From positions 19,220,001-19,284,000 of the forward strand of contig NC_058379.1 in NCBI RefSeq assembly GCF_018350175.1: 64,000 nt of DNA, written 5' to 3'. The notes below the pieces were generated by a model, which was given only the letters and a program-made list of their open reading frames with translations, did no database searches and was not told where the DNA came from. Source of the stretch: Felis catus. Taxonomy: Eukaryota. This document shows, piece by piece, positions 1-12,418 of the stretch. Every line of letters starts with the position of its first letter. Positions within the stretch are counted from its first letter, which is position 1. The translations under genes and the position numbers were made by a program.

Positions 1-197
1 GCCAGCTATGGCGAACCCAGCCCCACCCTGCCCAGCCCCTACCCACCCCCCAAAGCTCCGGCTCTCTCCCGGTGAGGCTGAGGGTACATGTTCTACCAAG
101 GTGGGGCCTCAGTTCCCACAATGAAAGAGGTCGATGGAGCCCCCTTCTAGGACATGCAAGCAGCCCCCAGACCACCCAGGTCACCCGGCAGCCCCTA

Positions 198-575
<378 letters not shown>

Positions 576-599
576 TTATCTGTCCACCCACAACACCCC

Positions 600-2750
600 A
601 CTCTTGCAGCATTCAATCATTCATTCATTCATGGAGCTTGTGCTGTGTGCTTGGATCAACAGGGAACAGACGTACAGATCCCAGCCCTCCTGGCAGGGAA
701 GACCAAGGCAGGCAGGGACATGTTGGAAAGAACAAGCCAGGTAAAGGGGATAGGGAGGGATGAGGTGGGGACCAAGTGGTCAGGGAGGGCTTCTCAGAAG
801 AGGTGGTATCTGAAAAGAGCTGTGAATGTGGCCTGAGTGATAAAATGCAAAGGCCCTGAGGCAGGCCTGGAGTGATAGAGGGTGAATAGGGTCAAGGTGG
901 TAGAAAATGTCAACAGGGGCTGATCCTATAAGTCTTCATAAGCCCTATAAGGACTTTGGCTTTTGCTCTGAGCCACCTGGTCCTGGGACAGAAGAGTGAC
1001 CACACTGGTAAGTCACAGGACCCCTCTGGCAGCTATGTGAAGGTATAAGGGTAGAACCCAACTGGGAGGCTATGACATCAGACATCAACCATGTGAGAGA
1101 TGGTAGCTGGCCCAGCTGGGAGAGAATCAATGGCCCCAGTGTCTTCAATCCAGAGTGCCCATTAGCTGAGGAGATGAACACTGCAGATGGCCAGTGTAGG
1201 AGACAGTCAAGAGCTTGATTTTGAACAGGTGCCCTTGGGACCCTGAAGAGCCTGTCTCAGGTGGGTGGTAGACCTACATGTGGGCAAGATCAGGCTGAGG
1301 GATAAACATGGAGCCATTAGCTTCTGGTGGCTGCTTAAAGCCATGAGTCTGGGGGCACCTGGGTGGCTCAGTTGGTTGAGCATCTGACTCTTCATTTGTG
1401 GCTCAGGTCATGATTCCAGGGTCATGGGATTGAGCCCTGCATCGGGTTCTGTGCTGAGCATGGAGTTTGCTTAAGATTCTCCCTCTCTCTCTCTCTCTCT
1501 CTCTCTGTCCCTCTCCCCAGCTTGTGTGCTCTAAAAAAAAACACAAGCAAAAAAAACAAAAACAAAAACAAAACAAACAAATAAACAAACAAAAACTTAA
1601 AAAAAAAAGCCATGACCCTGAATAGGGTCCCCACAGTGGTGAGGACAGAGAAAGAGGAGAGTAGATGAGATAGGAGCCAACAAGGAAGGCCCCTGGGGAC
1701 TAAGCAAAGGAAATGCCTCCAGAATTTTCCAGCAATATCCCACAGGGAAAATGTTCAGCCTGAATCTACTCCTAAGAAAACACAAAGTCAAATCCAGGAT
1801 GTGGAGTGATTCTGCAAGATGACTGCCTTGGGCTTTAAAAATCAGCAAAAGAGCCAAGAGACCTAGTGTAGGCTCAGAGACCAGAGGGACATAAACAGCA
1901 ACTGTAAGGTATGAGTTAGATGGGCTCTGGACCTAACAACCCTGGGACTGTTGGGAATACAGGTATCTAACAGGTCAAGTCCTCTCAATGTCAGGGAATA
2001 GGAGTCCTCAGTTTTAGGAGCGACAACCCAAAGTGTGATATCAGTGACTGACCATCTGATACCCCAAAAAACACATGCATGTTGATAAAGGGGTAGATGG
2101 AGGCAGAGAGAGAGGAAGGAAATGTGGCAAAAGCCTACAACTTTGCAAAATGAAAAGCTGAGCAAAGGAGGTGGTAAACTGTGTGAGATGCTGCAGTAGG
2201 GTGCCCAAAGGGGAAACTGAGGCTGGACTCAGGGGGCAGGGTGAGGGGCCATGGTGGGGGGGGGTGTGGAGCAAGAAGGGCACAGCCTGATGGGAGAGGA
2301 CTTGAGAAAGGGACAGAGTGGCCAAGTTTGCTCTGAGCAGAAGCCAAGGAATGGGGTCAGCAGCTGAAGGTTCTGAAGCAACAAGAGTATGATTCTCGCT
2401 CCAGAATGATCTGTCTGAAAGGACAGACTGGGAACGCCAGAGGCAGAGCAATGTTGCAGGAGAGACTTGCCGAGTCAGCAAGTGCATGAGCAGAGGAGCT
2501 GGCCTTAGCCAGGCCAAATGGCAGATAGGGGTGCGATGCAGCAGCCTCAGGGGTATGAGTCACCGGCTGCAGTCGGGAGTAGTACAAAATGCTCATTGGG
2601 GGAAAAAAAAGAGATCCGGGAAAGCAGAGAGGCTGCTGGGCAGCTGAGAGGTACAGGCCAGTGTGAGGGAATCTGCAGGTCTACCGCGGAATGGGTGATC
2701 TGAGTAGGTAAGGAGGGAGGTGATGGGAGTCTTGATGGAGGCCCAGCCTG
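600..2750. mobile_element. Degraded LINE-2 remnants in GGT1 intron
   Basis: CATTCATTCATTC end motif and L2-like purine-rich tracts; recognised by eye, boundaries approximate. Confidence 0.5.
1351..1608 (+). mobile_element. Can-SINE (SINEC)
   Basis: GGGGCACCTGGGTGGCTCAG head, (CT)n, A-rich tail, TSD AAAGCCATGA. Confidence 0.93.
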
Positions 2751-3213
2751 GATCTGGCAGTGAGTGGGTTGGGCTGTGCAGGATCCGGGTAGGGCCTAGG
2801 ACACATTAGCTCCTGGGTGTGACCACAGAACCAGTGGCCGAGGCCCAGAGCATTGCTCCTCTCCCCCTCAGCCATCCTCCTCATTACCCTTGAGGGTTGC
2901 AACGTCCCCATGCATTCCCCACCTCAGCACCGAACACTCCAAACCCTTCCAGGACAAGGGTACAGCCCCCAAGGTGGGAGCACAGACACAGGTAGGGGAC
3001 ACTAATTACTCATTGTCAAGTCTGTCATACTGTGAGCTCCGTGTGGCAGAGGGCCAAACTCGGGCGTCACCAGGCCATCCCAGCACATGGTAGGTCCACC
3101 ACCAAAGTTGGTGGTGAAAGCATGTGTGAGGCTGGGGTGGTCCCAGGAAGCCCTCCTCGCACATCCATGGCAGGCCCTCCTGCACCCATCACGGGCCACC
3201 CCCTGCCTCTTAC

Positions 3214-3350
3214 CTCCATCATATTGACAAACTTGGGGTCCCCAAGCAGGGTCCTCTTGGCATAGGCAAACCGGAAGGCCTCCACGATGCGGTGGTAGGT
3301 GAGACCCTTCTGTTCGGGTGTCTCCACACTCGCTGGGGAGAAGTTGTACC
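3214..3350 (-). CDS. GGT1: GGT1 coding exon 7
   Basis: [45 protein letters not shown]; 137 nt, AG/GTAAG flanks. Confidence 0.97.
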
Positions 3351-3723
3351 CTGGTTGAGCAGAGATGGGGGCATGTTGGCAGTCCCAGGGCCCTCTGCCG
3401 AGACAGCTGGGTGGCCCAGGGTAGGCTCACACCTCCCTGAATCACTTGGCCCAACTTGAGAAGGGGAATGTTTAATAAAAACCAGTGGACACTTTGGAGG
3501 AATGTAAGACTGGAATGAGTAAGGGACCCCTGGGCCTGGGATGACCACTTAGATTTACCAGATGTGTCCTCTGGACCAGCATGGCTATTCCCACCCCAGG
3601 ACACTGCTCCGTACCTTTTTAGCTCCCAACCATTCCTCCTCCTCCTCCAGCCCCTGATCATCGCCCCTCACAGCCCTGGTCACTCTGCACCACCTCTTGA
3701 GGAGCCACGGTGGGAGGGCTCAC

Positions 3724-3873
3724 CCTTGAGGATGTTGAGGATGAGAGCCAGCACCGGCCCACTGAGTGGGGCACTGGGCACGTAGAGCTGGGCGTCCCCG
3801 AGGCTGATGTTCAGTGGCTGCTCTATCAGCTCAGCACGGTAGTTGTTCAGGTCCTTGGTGGTCATAATGCCCC
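3724..3873 (-). CDS. GGT1: GGT1 coding exon 6
   Basis: [49 protein letters not shown]; 150 nt, AG/GT flanks. Confidence 0.97.
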
Positions 3874-4882
3874 CTGCAATGAGACAGCAGCTCAATGGGT
3901 GGACACAGGGATGGGGGCCCCCAATCTGAGGGGAGCACAGGACCATCACGCTGAAAGCCCTGCCCACTCTTGAGGGCCCCCCCTCCTCCCCCTCCCCACT
4001 GCCCCATCCGCCAGTCCCTCTGTGCTCCCTGATGATACCACCTCTCCACTGCCAGGCTCAGGCCATCTGCCCTCTGTCTGCCCCACTGGCCTCCAGGTCT
4101 GCCTTCTCTCCTCTTGGCGGCCAGAGAGTCTTCTCTAAGTGGAAAGTATCTGCTCCCATCTCTCCCCTGCTCAGTCCCATCCTCCAGTGACTACTAATGG
4201 GTGAAAGGAGGCTCTTTAATTCTACAGGGAACTGGCTCCAGAAAGACCAAGTATTTATAGGCTAATTTCCTGCCTCAGTGGTAAAGGCCAACATGCTAAT
4301 CACTCTCTTCTGTGTCTCTGACAAAAATAACAGCAGGAAGAAATCCACAGCTGGGGAGGGAGAGGCAGCACCAGGCTTCTTGGCTGAAAGTCATGAGAAC
4401 TTGTCTCTACTTGCAGCCCCTCCAGTGCCTCTCTCACCAAGCCCACCCTCATCCACTGTGACCCTCAGGGATAACTAAAGCTCATCCTCTCTGGGCCTTA
4501 GCCTATTCCCTCTGCCAGGAAGGCTCTTCCTCTCTCCAAGCTCATCTGTAGCTCAGGTACCACCTCCTGCTTGGGGAAGTCCCCTCAGATCTGCATTTCA
4601 ATGCTTCCTCAGCTCCAGTTCCAGCCTAGACCTTCATTTAACTTACAGAGGACTTTCCCTCCTGAACTGCACTGTCTCTCAGTTTTGACCTAACCAAGAT
4701 CTATGGATCTATGTGGCCTGTCACTGACTGCAGACATATCTGTGACCACCCCCCCTCCAGGCACTGCCTGAGGGCCCAGTGCCCAGGTCGGACATGACCA
4801 GAGGACCTAAGTCCTCTGAGCTCTGGCTCAGAGCTCCTGCTGCTGAGTTCCTTGCCTAGGGTCCCTGAGGTTGCCCACTTAC

Positions 4883-5040
4883 CAGCCGCCTGGATGTCCT
4901 TGACAATCTGGGCTGTGAGGCTCCCGTTGTAGAAGGCCTGGGCTCCCTCCAAGGCCAGCGTCTCGTATGTGTTGGCCAGCTGCGGCATGGTCAGTCTGTC
5001 CCCCTCCCGCAGCACCTTCCCATCCCGGCAGAACACCTCA
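4883..5040 (-). CDS. GGT1: GGT1 coding exon 5
   Basis: [52 protein letters not shown]; 158 nt, CAG/GTAAGT flanks. Confidence 0.97.
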
Positions 5041-5376
5041 CTGGGGCAGAGGGGTTCCCGTGAGGCAGGCAGGCAGGGTGGATTCGGCCAGCCATTCCCA
5101 CCCAACCACACAGGAGATCAAAGGAAGGGCAGTGAGCACCTGTCCACAGGTGAGTCATCCTCTGGTGTCCAGCCAATGCTTCCTAGAGTCCCTTGCCACT
5201 CAGGACTCACAAGCCGGGACCCCAGGCACCAGGCTCAGAATGTGATCCCACACACATTGGGAAAGGCTTTTATATCCTAGACCTCATCCCTCTGCCAGTC
5301 ATTCATGGCATGCAGGGACCTTGGGTCACATCTGCCCAGCCTGTGCCCCAGGGCAGGCCAGCACCCACAGACATAC

Positions 5377-5569
5377 CACAGTGCAGGCTGTTCCTCGATG
5401 ACAGCCCTGTTTTTCTCCAGGGCTACTGCCAAGCCCTTCCCCACAGGGAAGCCCTGGCGGGCCAGCTGGATGCTGGGTTGAAAGAGGTGAGCCCAGGGCA
5501 GCCGCCCATGCCGCTGGTGGGCCAACTCATAGCCTCGGATCTCACCGGGAACTGCCACCGACAGCCCCC
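5377..5569 (-). CDS. GGT1: GGT1 coding exon 4
   Basis: GLSVAVPGEIRGYELAHQRHGRLPWAHLFQPSIQLARQGFPVGKGLAVALEKNRAVIEEQPAL; 193 nt, AG/GT flanks. Confidence 0.97.
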
Positions 5570-6499
5570 CTGCAGAGGGACAGGAAGACAGTGGCTCCAG
5601 TCAGGGGACATCAGGAGGGGTGTTCTCCCTCAGCAGCAACCTAGGCACAGTCTCCAGATGGGATCAGTGAGGTTTAGGAAGGAAATGGAATTGTCATATG
5701 TGGACTCCGCTGGCAAGAGTGTAGATTGGCCAGGGATATGTGACAAGGCCACAGTCCTGCTGTCCCAGGACTAGATGTCTGCCTCTGCAGGTGCTACCAG
5801 GTTTGAAATCCTGTGCCAGGCCCACAGTTGCACAACAAGACTGTGGGGAAGCCAGACCCCTACCATCTCTTAGTCTGAGCCTCCTAGCCCACAAGGCCTC
5901 TCATCCCATAAGACTCAAGGGGTCCACCGGAACCCACCAAAGTCCCCAGGGCAAGCCCAGGCCACCCTCGACACTAAGCCAGTTCCAAGGCAAGGCCTCT
6001 ACCTTCCTCCCTTCTACTGTCCCAGACCCAGGACCTGAGCCCGACCCCCTGCCCTATATGTACCCTCACTGGGTTTCAGTTTCCCCATCTGACCATAAAG
6101 AGTTTTGTCTCTTGCAGCTGACCTTAGAGGAGCCCACAATTCCACTGGAAACAGACTCCTGGACCCTGCTCCCCACCCACCCCCACGGCCCACTATGCCC
6201 TAAGCTGGGCACTGATACAGAAAGGCCCTTGCTCCCAGACACCTTCTTGCTTTCACCCCTGGATGACCAGGGCCATTTCAGCTACACTCAGGCTAGGTGA
6301 CTGCAGCTCTGGAACTACCTCTCCCATCCTGAGGTTGGGCACAAGGTTCTGAGAGCCAGGTTGTTATGGTCTGCATGTCTGCACATTTCAGAAGGTCTGA
6401 CACCCGGCCCATGATTCCTGCCACCTTAAAAAAATAATGCTGCCCTGATCTTGGGCTAATAGGTCTCAGACCACCCTGCTAACCAAGGTCACCAGTGAC

Positions 6500-7500
6500 C
6501 CCCACACTGCCAGACCAGGGTCCTCTCTCAACTTTACCTTACTTAGCCCATCACTCCTCCAGGGTCACCTCTGCATCCCACATGCGAGGCTCTGTTAGGG
6601 TCTCCTCTGTCTACACTCACCGTATTGGTGACCTCCCCCAGGTCAGGGCTTCAAATTTCATGTATGTGCTGCCAGTTCTAAATTTACTCTCTGGCCTGGC
6701 CTGCTCCCCCGATGGCCTGATCTGAGGATGCACCTGCCCATGAGAAAGGCATCTCAAACTTAACACACTCAAAACCCAACTCCGGACTGTCACCCAAACC
6801 CACTCCCCCACAGCCTTGCTGGCCTCTATTAGGGGCACCCCATGCTTCCAGGTGCAGATCAAAGACCAGGGGTCATCCAGGACTCTTGGTATAGGAGTTG
6901 GTGTCACACCCGACCTCTCAGCAAATGCACAGGCTCCACCTTCTAGGTATGTTGAATACCAACCACCTCCCAACACCCTCATCTCCCCGTGGTCATCGTG
7001 GTGACCTCCTGACGGGTCACCTGATGGGCAGGCGGCTTGCTCCCTGACCCTTCTGCAGCTGCCCAAGGGGTTCAGCCAGACGTAGGCCAGATCTACCCCC
7101 ACAAACACCCCAGGGGCCACTGCTACCTCTCTTGGACAAGAGACAGGGTCTTCACAATGACCCATAAGGTCTGACACCACCTGAGCCATTCTGACCCTGG
7201 GGTCGCCCATTGCAGCCTTGCTAGTTCCCGCAGTTCTTTGTCCCATCTTCCCATGTGGGTCACTTGCTCTTCCCCCAGACACCTGCACAGCTATCCTCAC
7301 CCACTCCAGACCCTGGGTCTTTGCCCAGACACCTCCCCCGTGACCAGGCTACACTTGGTGAACTGCACGCCTTCCAGCCCTTCCCACCTCTGCTGTTCAC
7401 GGATTTTATCTGTTGCCTTTGTTTTGTCCCCAGGCTTGGGGAACAACCCCTGACATTTTAAGAGATTCCCAATAAGTCCTCGTTAAATAAGTGAATTCCG
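6500..7500 (+). mobile_element. LINE-2 fragment
   Basis: L2-like motifs (GCATCTCAAACTTAAC, CAGGCTCCACCTTC) and 3' AATAAGTGAAT; approximate. Confidence 0.5.
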
Positions 7501-8385
7501 AGCATCCACAAGGTGCTAAGTCTGTAAGATTCCAGCAATCACACTGAATGATTTCATTTCTACACATTCTGAGTCTCCCAGGGGATATAAAAATTCAAAG
7601 AGGCTGTATGTTGGAGGAGACTCCAACGGGGCTGCTCACAGGGCCTCACCCAGGGCCCCAGCCCGAGGGGCAGAGCCTGCAACTGGGGATCAGACCTGCT
7701 ATGGCCAACAGCCCCCTCGTCCTGCCTCTAATCTCCTATCCTGCTTTCCTCCTATCCTCCTTTTGGGTCCTTGGAGCAGCAACCCCTGTTGGCCACTGGC
7801 TTCCCCTCAGCTGCATGGGGAGGTTGGGGGCCTCTTCTCTGCATGAAGGCCTTGTTAAAAAAGATAGACTCGGCTGCGTTTTTGGAGCTATCTCCACAAA
7901 ATGAACGAATAAATGAAAGTCTTGGATGCCTTTGAAAAATTCAGGACTTTGACAGCCCAGGTTCAATTTGGGCCTCAGCACCATCCAGCTGTGTGACCTC
8001 AGTTGGTTTGCATGACCTCTCTGGACCTATAAAATAAGAATCAACACAGCACTTCCCCTGACTCCCAAGCATACAGGGAGGATTCAAGGGGCCCATTGGT
8101 GAAAACAGCTAAGCAGCATGCTGGCCCCAGTGCCCCCCGATATGTGCAAGCTGTTGAAATAATAATTATTCTCTCCATGCCCTAGCACCCTGGAGAGGCC
8201 TGAGTGGAAATAACAGAAGCTCCATGTCTTCACCCTCGGGAGGGTGTTGTCAGTCCAGGAAGGGTTGGATGGGAAGGGTGCATATCAGCACTGCCAGAAC
8301 TGTCCTCAGCATCAGACAGGGGCATGCCCATGCCTTCCTGGCAGCTCACCCCAGCTCTGCACCCACACCTGAACTTGCACCTCAC

Positions 8386-8472
8386 CTTTCTGTGACTGCT
8401 CCGGGCTGTTGAACATGCCTTCGGAGGCCAGCCCAGGGGCCACCTCACGGGCGTTGATGATCTCAACTTTTC
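8386..8472 (-). CDS. GGT1: GGT1 coding exon 3
   Basis: KVEIINAREVAPGLASEGMFNSPEQSQK, contains NARE (Arg107 equivalent); 87 nt, AG/GT flanks. Confidence 0.96.
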
Positions 8473-8627
8473 CTAGAAGGAGAAGAAGGTAGGCAGTCCA
8501 GACCAACACCAACCCCTCACCCCGTGTGAGCCCAGGGGCCACCCAGCTCTGCTTGCCCCCAGCCCACATCCAGCCTGAGATGGACAGCCCCTGCCAATTA
8601 CCTCCCCTACTCCCCGTGGGCACTCAC

Positions 8628-8758
8628 GCGTGGTGCTGTTGTAGATGGTGAGGAACAGGCCACCCCCGATGCCCATGCTGTGGGCGTTCATGAGCCCCAC
8701 ACACAGCAGGGCCGCAATGGCAGCATCCACCGCCGAGCCACCGTCCCTCAGCATGTCC
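8628..8758 (-). CDS. GGT1: GGT1 coding exon 2
   Basis: [43 protein letters not shown]; TAG acceptor, GTGAGT donor; 131 nt, phases match neighbours. Confidence 0.97.
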
Positions 8759-9359
8759 CTACCGGCAGCAGGTGGTGGGGAGTGAGCACCTGCGGGCTCC
8801 CCAATCCCCCCGACACATGCACACTGCCACCCAACTCCACCCTTTCTGGCCATACTGCCCAAAGGAGGATGGAAGAGGAAACTGTAGTTTTGGCTTTTAC
8901 ATGTCACTCTAAGACCAATGGGCTTATATGTTCTTCCTTTCAAGCAAACAGATGTGCATGACGTTTATAATAGAAAGAAAACGGAAAAACGTTACTTTTT
9001 ATTAGCAACCTTTTTTGTCTGTTTACGTCTTTTGGGAACTGATCTTTGTACATAATGTGAGATAGGGGTCTAAAATAGCATAAAACAGCAGTTTATCCAA
9101 AGGCACAGAGGTCTGAGGAAAGGGACCCAGCTGGGCACCAGGAAATCCACATCCTGCTCTTGGAGTCAGTGTCCCCTTCTGCCCTGACCAGAGGCTGCTG
9201 TGAAGGTCCAAGGAAAGGACAGGCAGCTCCATGTGCATCAGACACCCCTTGTCCGGGTAGCTCGTGTACAGACGGGGAAACTGAGTCTCAGAGGGATGAG
9301 GATCTTGCCCAGATCCACTTCCGGTGGTCCTCCTGTATTCCCACGCCCTGCCTGCTCAC

Positions 9360-9520
9360 CTCCCAATCTCTGAGCAATACTTGGCATCTGTGGCCACAGC
9401 TGCCCTGGGGTAGATGTGGCTCTGTGGCTTGGAGGTCAAGAGCAGGCAAAGGCACAGGATGATGATGAAGATCACTAGGACCACGGCCAGCAGGGCCAGC
9501 ACCACATACCGCTTCTTCAT
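9360..9520 (-). CDS. GGT1: Gamma-glutamyltransferase 1, coding exon 1 (signal-anchor TM)
   Basis: GCCATG at 9520; MKKRYVVLALLAVVLVIFIIILCLCLLLTSKPQSHIYPRAAVATDAKYCSEIG(R); donor AG|GTGAGC at 9359; 161 nt. Confidence 0.95.
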
Positions 9521-9667
9521 GGCTCTGCAAATACCTGTTGTTTGGGGTCAGGGGGGAGGGCTGGTGGTTAACAGGGTCAGGGGACTGCCACTGGCCTGGC
9601 CTTGGGCACATCCTGACCCTCACCACACAGGGCACAGCCAATAGTCAAGCCTCAGAAACATGTCCCT

Positions 9668-9893
9668 GGGGGCACCTGGGTGTCTCAGTCGGTTAGGCTT
9701 CCAACTTCGGCTCGGGTCATGATCTCACCATTCATGAGTTCTAGCCCCGCATGGGGCTCTGTGCTGACAGCTCAGAGCCTGAAGCCTGCTTCAGATTCTG
9801 TGTCTCCCTCTCTCTCTGCCCCTCCCCCGCTCATACTCTGTGTGTGTGTCTCTCTCTCTCAAAAATAAATAAACATTAAAAAAAAATTTTTAA
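9668..9893 (+). mobile_element. Can-SINE just upstream of the GGT1 ATG exon
   Basis: SINEC head and body, A-tail, TSD ending ATGTCCCT. Confidence 0.93.
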
Positions 9894-10289
9894 AGAAAAA
9901 AATATGTCCCTTTGTTTCCTTCCAGCCCCCGGCCACTTACTCTGCCAGAAACTCCCAGCCCCATCTCTCCCTTCCTAAATTGCCCTGCATATCCTCAAGG
10001 CCCCATCCCAGTAAAGACCCCATGTCCAAAAGAAATCTCTCCTGGGAGCCCCCAGATTCCATGTGTCCCACAGTCAGAGCCACTGCCAAGCAGGGAACTC
10101 CACCGGGAACAAGCTTGGCCTGATCCCTTCTGTGACCCCCCACCTCAGCCCAGAGCCAGACACCATCCATGGGCCCCCAGAGTGGCCTGCCACAGACCGT
10201 GGGGTTCGGCTTCCATTGTACCCTCAAAAAGGACACCCACAATCTCCTTGTAAAATTGTCAGACAAGCTGCCATGGGGCAGGGGCCTAC

Positions 10290-10464
10290 CTTTCTCAGCG
10301 GATGGAAGCCCCACACCTTGCCTGGGGAGGTGGCCACAAAAGCCGGGAGGGCTTGGCTGAAACAGCTAGGGAAATAACTGGGGTCTCCCTCACAGACAGT
10401 AGGAGCTGGTGTCCGCAGAATCTGCTCCAGACAGACACCTTGATCAGGCAGCCTCTTTGCTCTC
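10290..10464 (-). other. GGT1: Candidate GGT1 5'UTR exon
   Basis: Acceptor CTTGATTTTCAG| at 10465 (alternative CCTGTTTCAG| at 10486); donor AAG|GTAGGC at 10289; ~0.8 kb upstream of the ATG exon; GGT1 is known to have several non-coding 5' exons. Confidence 0.45.
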
Positions 10465-12358
10465 CTGAAAATCAAGATAGTGTACCTGAAACAGGCCTCC
10501 CCAGGGAGGTCCTCCCAGGGAGCTCTGTGAGGTTCCTCCGGCCCAGATGAACTCTGGAGTCGAAGAGGAGGCTGTCCGACCCTCCCACATTTGTGTGAAA
10601 TCTCCAGTCACAGCCGAGAGGGGGTTTGCCCAGAGCAAGGCCCGAGTTGGGTGGTGTGAATGTCATGTGACAAAGTGGTGAAGCCCACGTGGGCCAGGCC
10701 AAGGAGACGGGGTATGCAGGCTCTCAAGCCAGCTCGTCCCATCTGAGTCTTGCCCCTCGTCTGATGTGGGGCCTTGGGCAAGTCACTGACTACATGTCCA
10801 GTGGGAATGACAGAGGCATCCTGCTTGGGGATGTTGTAGAAATGAAGTGGATTGGAAAGCGTGAAGTGCTAGGTGAGTGTTGGCTATAATTGCCATCAGC
10901 TAGTAGGGTGACGCCCTGGAGGCCGGCGGTGCAGAAGGAAGCTGGTCAGCCACCTGCTCACTGTTTCCCTGTTGACTCCTTTCCAGGCCATGCAGGGAGG
11001 GACAGCAGTGAGCCTTTGGGCTCCTGTGGCAGTGACAGCGGACAAAGGGTGTGACCCCCACAAGGAAGGAGAGGTGTGAGGACAGTGGCAATCTCCGTTA
11101 CCTCCGAAAGGTGAGTGTCGGCCAATAAGCCCCAGGCTGGGATGCCTCTGGTTCACCTCGTCTCTGTTCAGGGGTCTGAGCTCCAGGGCCAGACACAGTG
11201 TCCCAGAGATGGTCTAGGAGTGGAGTCTCACTTGCACGGAGCCTGGGAGGGGATAGCCCTCCCACATGGGGGGCCTCCAGAAGCCAGCATGGAAGGGCTT
11301 TCCCCTCCCAGGCTCAGTGGGCAGCCACACAGCAGACCACCACCCTACGTCCCCAGTGGGATTCAAGCCAGCCTTTCTTCTCCATGTTGACTGAATCCAG
11401 GCACCACCCTTTGAAGGCTGGACTATAGAGCCTCCTCCCTGCACTCCCTCCTGTCAGTATCACCTGCTCCTCAGTCCTCCAAAAAGCAGCAGAAGGCTCT
11501 CTCCAAAGTGCCAACCAGGACTTTCCCCCTACCACTGCTCCAGGGGATAGTCTATGCCCCCGGAGCACACCCTAGAGGCTGGGTCAGGGTTAAGGATTCC
11601 CAGCAGAGATAGCTACGCTGGGAGGTGTGAGGGGCCTTGGGAGCTGGGCCAGGAACATGTGGGGTCTGTTTCCAGACACAGAACTTTCCCACCACATGTG
11701 GTGGGGGTGGGTGGGGCAGGACAGAAACCAGTGACTCTCTCCCTAGCATGGGCACAGGCACACTTGCCAAGGAGGCCCCCCAGTCCTTGCCCATGGGACA
11801 CCTTGGGGACATTGTCTCATTTCTCCTGGGCTTGCGGCTGTGAGGTGAGACCGCCCCCCTCACAGCCCTCCTTTCTCCCCTCAGGCCCCTGTGGTGATCC
11901 AGACATGACTTCCTAAAGTCTGTACTCCAGCCTCCCCTGTCCATCCATCTGTTTGTCCATCCATCCGTCTACCCAAGGACCCAAGTGGGCTTCCAGAGGG
12001 ACAGGGGGCACCCAGCAAGGTTCAGACTGCCAGGGAGTATGGGGAGGGGTGGGCAATACTGACCCCCATCCCTCCTCCCTGGCCAGGGCAGCAAAGACAC
12101 CAGCCCAGACCCTGCAAGCAGACATCACCAGCCCTGCGGAAGACACCCTGCTGGGGACCGGGCTTCCGTTTCCCAACCCCCCCCCCCCACACACACCCCA
12201 CATTTTTCCCAAAGACTCACTAAAAGAATGTCTAAGCCCAGAGGTCTGGCTCTCACCCAAATCAGTGTCAGGAAGGGAAACTGAGGCCAGAGAGTAGGTG
12301 GGGCACAGCACTTGGCCTCAAACTCCCACACCACTCCTCATGACCCTTGTGGGCTTAC

Positions 12359-12418
12359 CTGAGGCCCGGAGCTGGCAGGGGCCCAGGAAAGCTCCTGGTC
12401 CTCGGAAGAAGCTCTAGG
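12359..12418 (-). other. GGT1: Candidate GGT1 5'UTR exon
   Basis: Near-consensus donor CAG|GTAAGC at 12358; possible acceptor GTGTCCCAG| at 12419 (could instead be a first exon). Confidence 0.35.

Noticed and set aside
1351-1450. tRNA-like A/B boxes
   Set aside because: These are the tRNA-derived heads of Can-SINEs; I found no true tRNA, rRNA or snoRNA gene.
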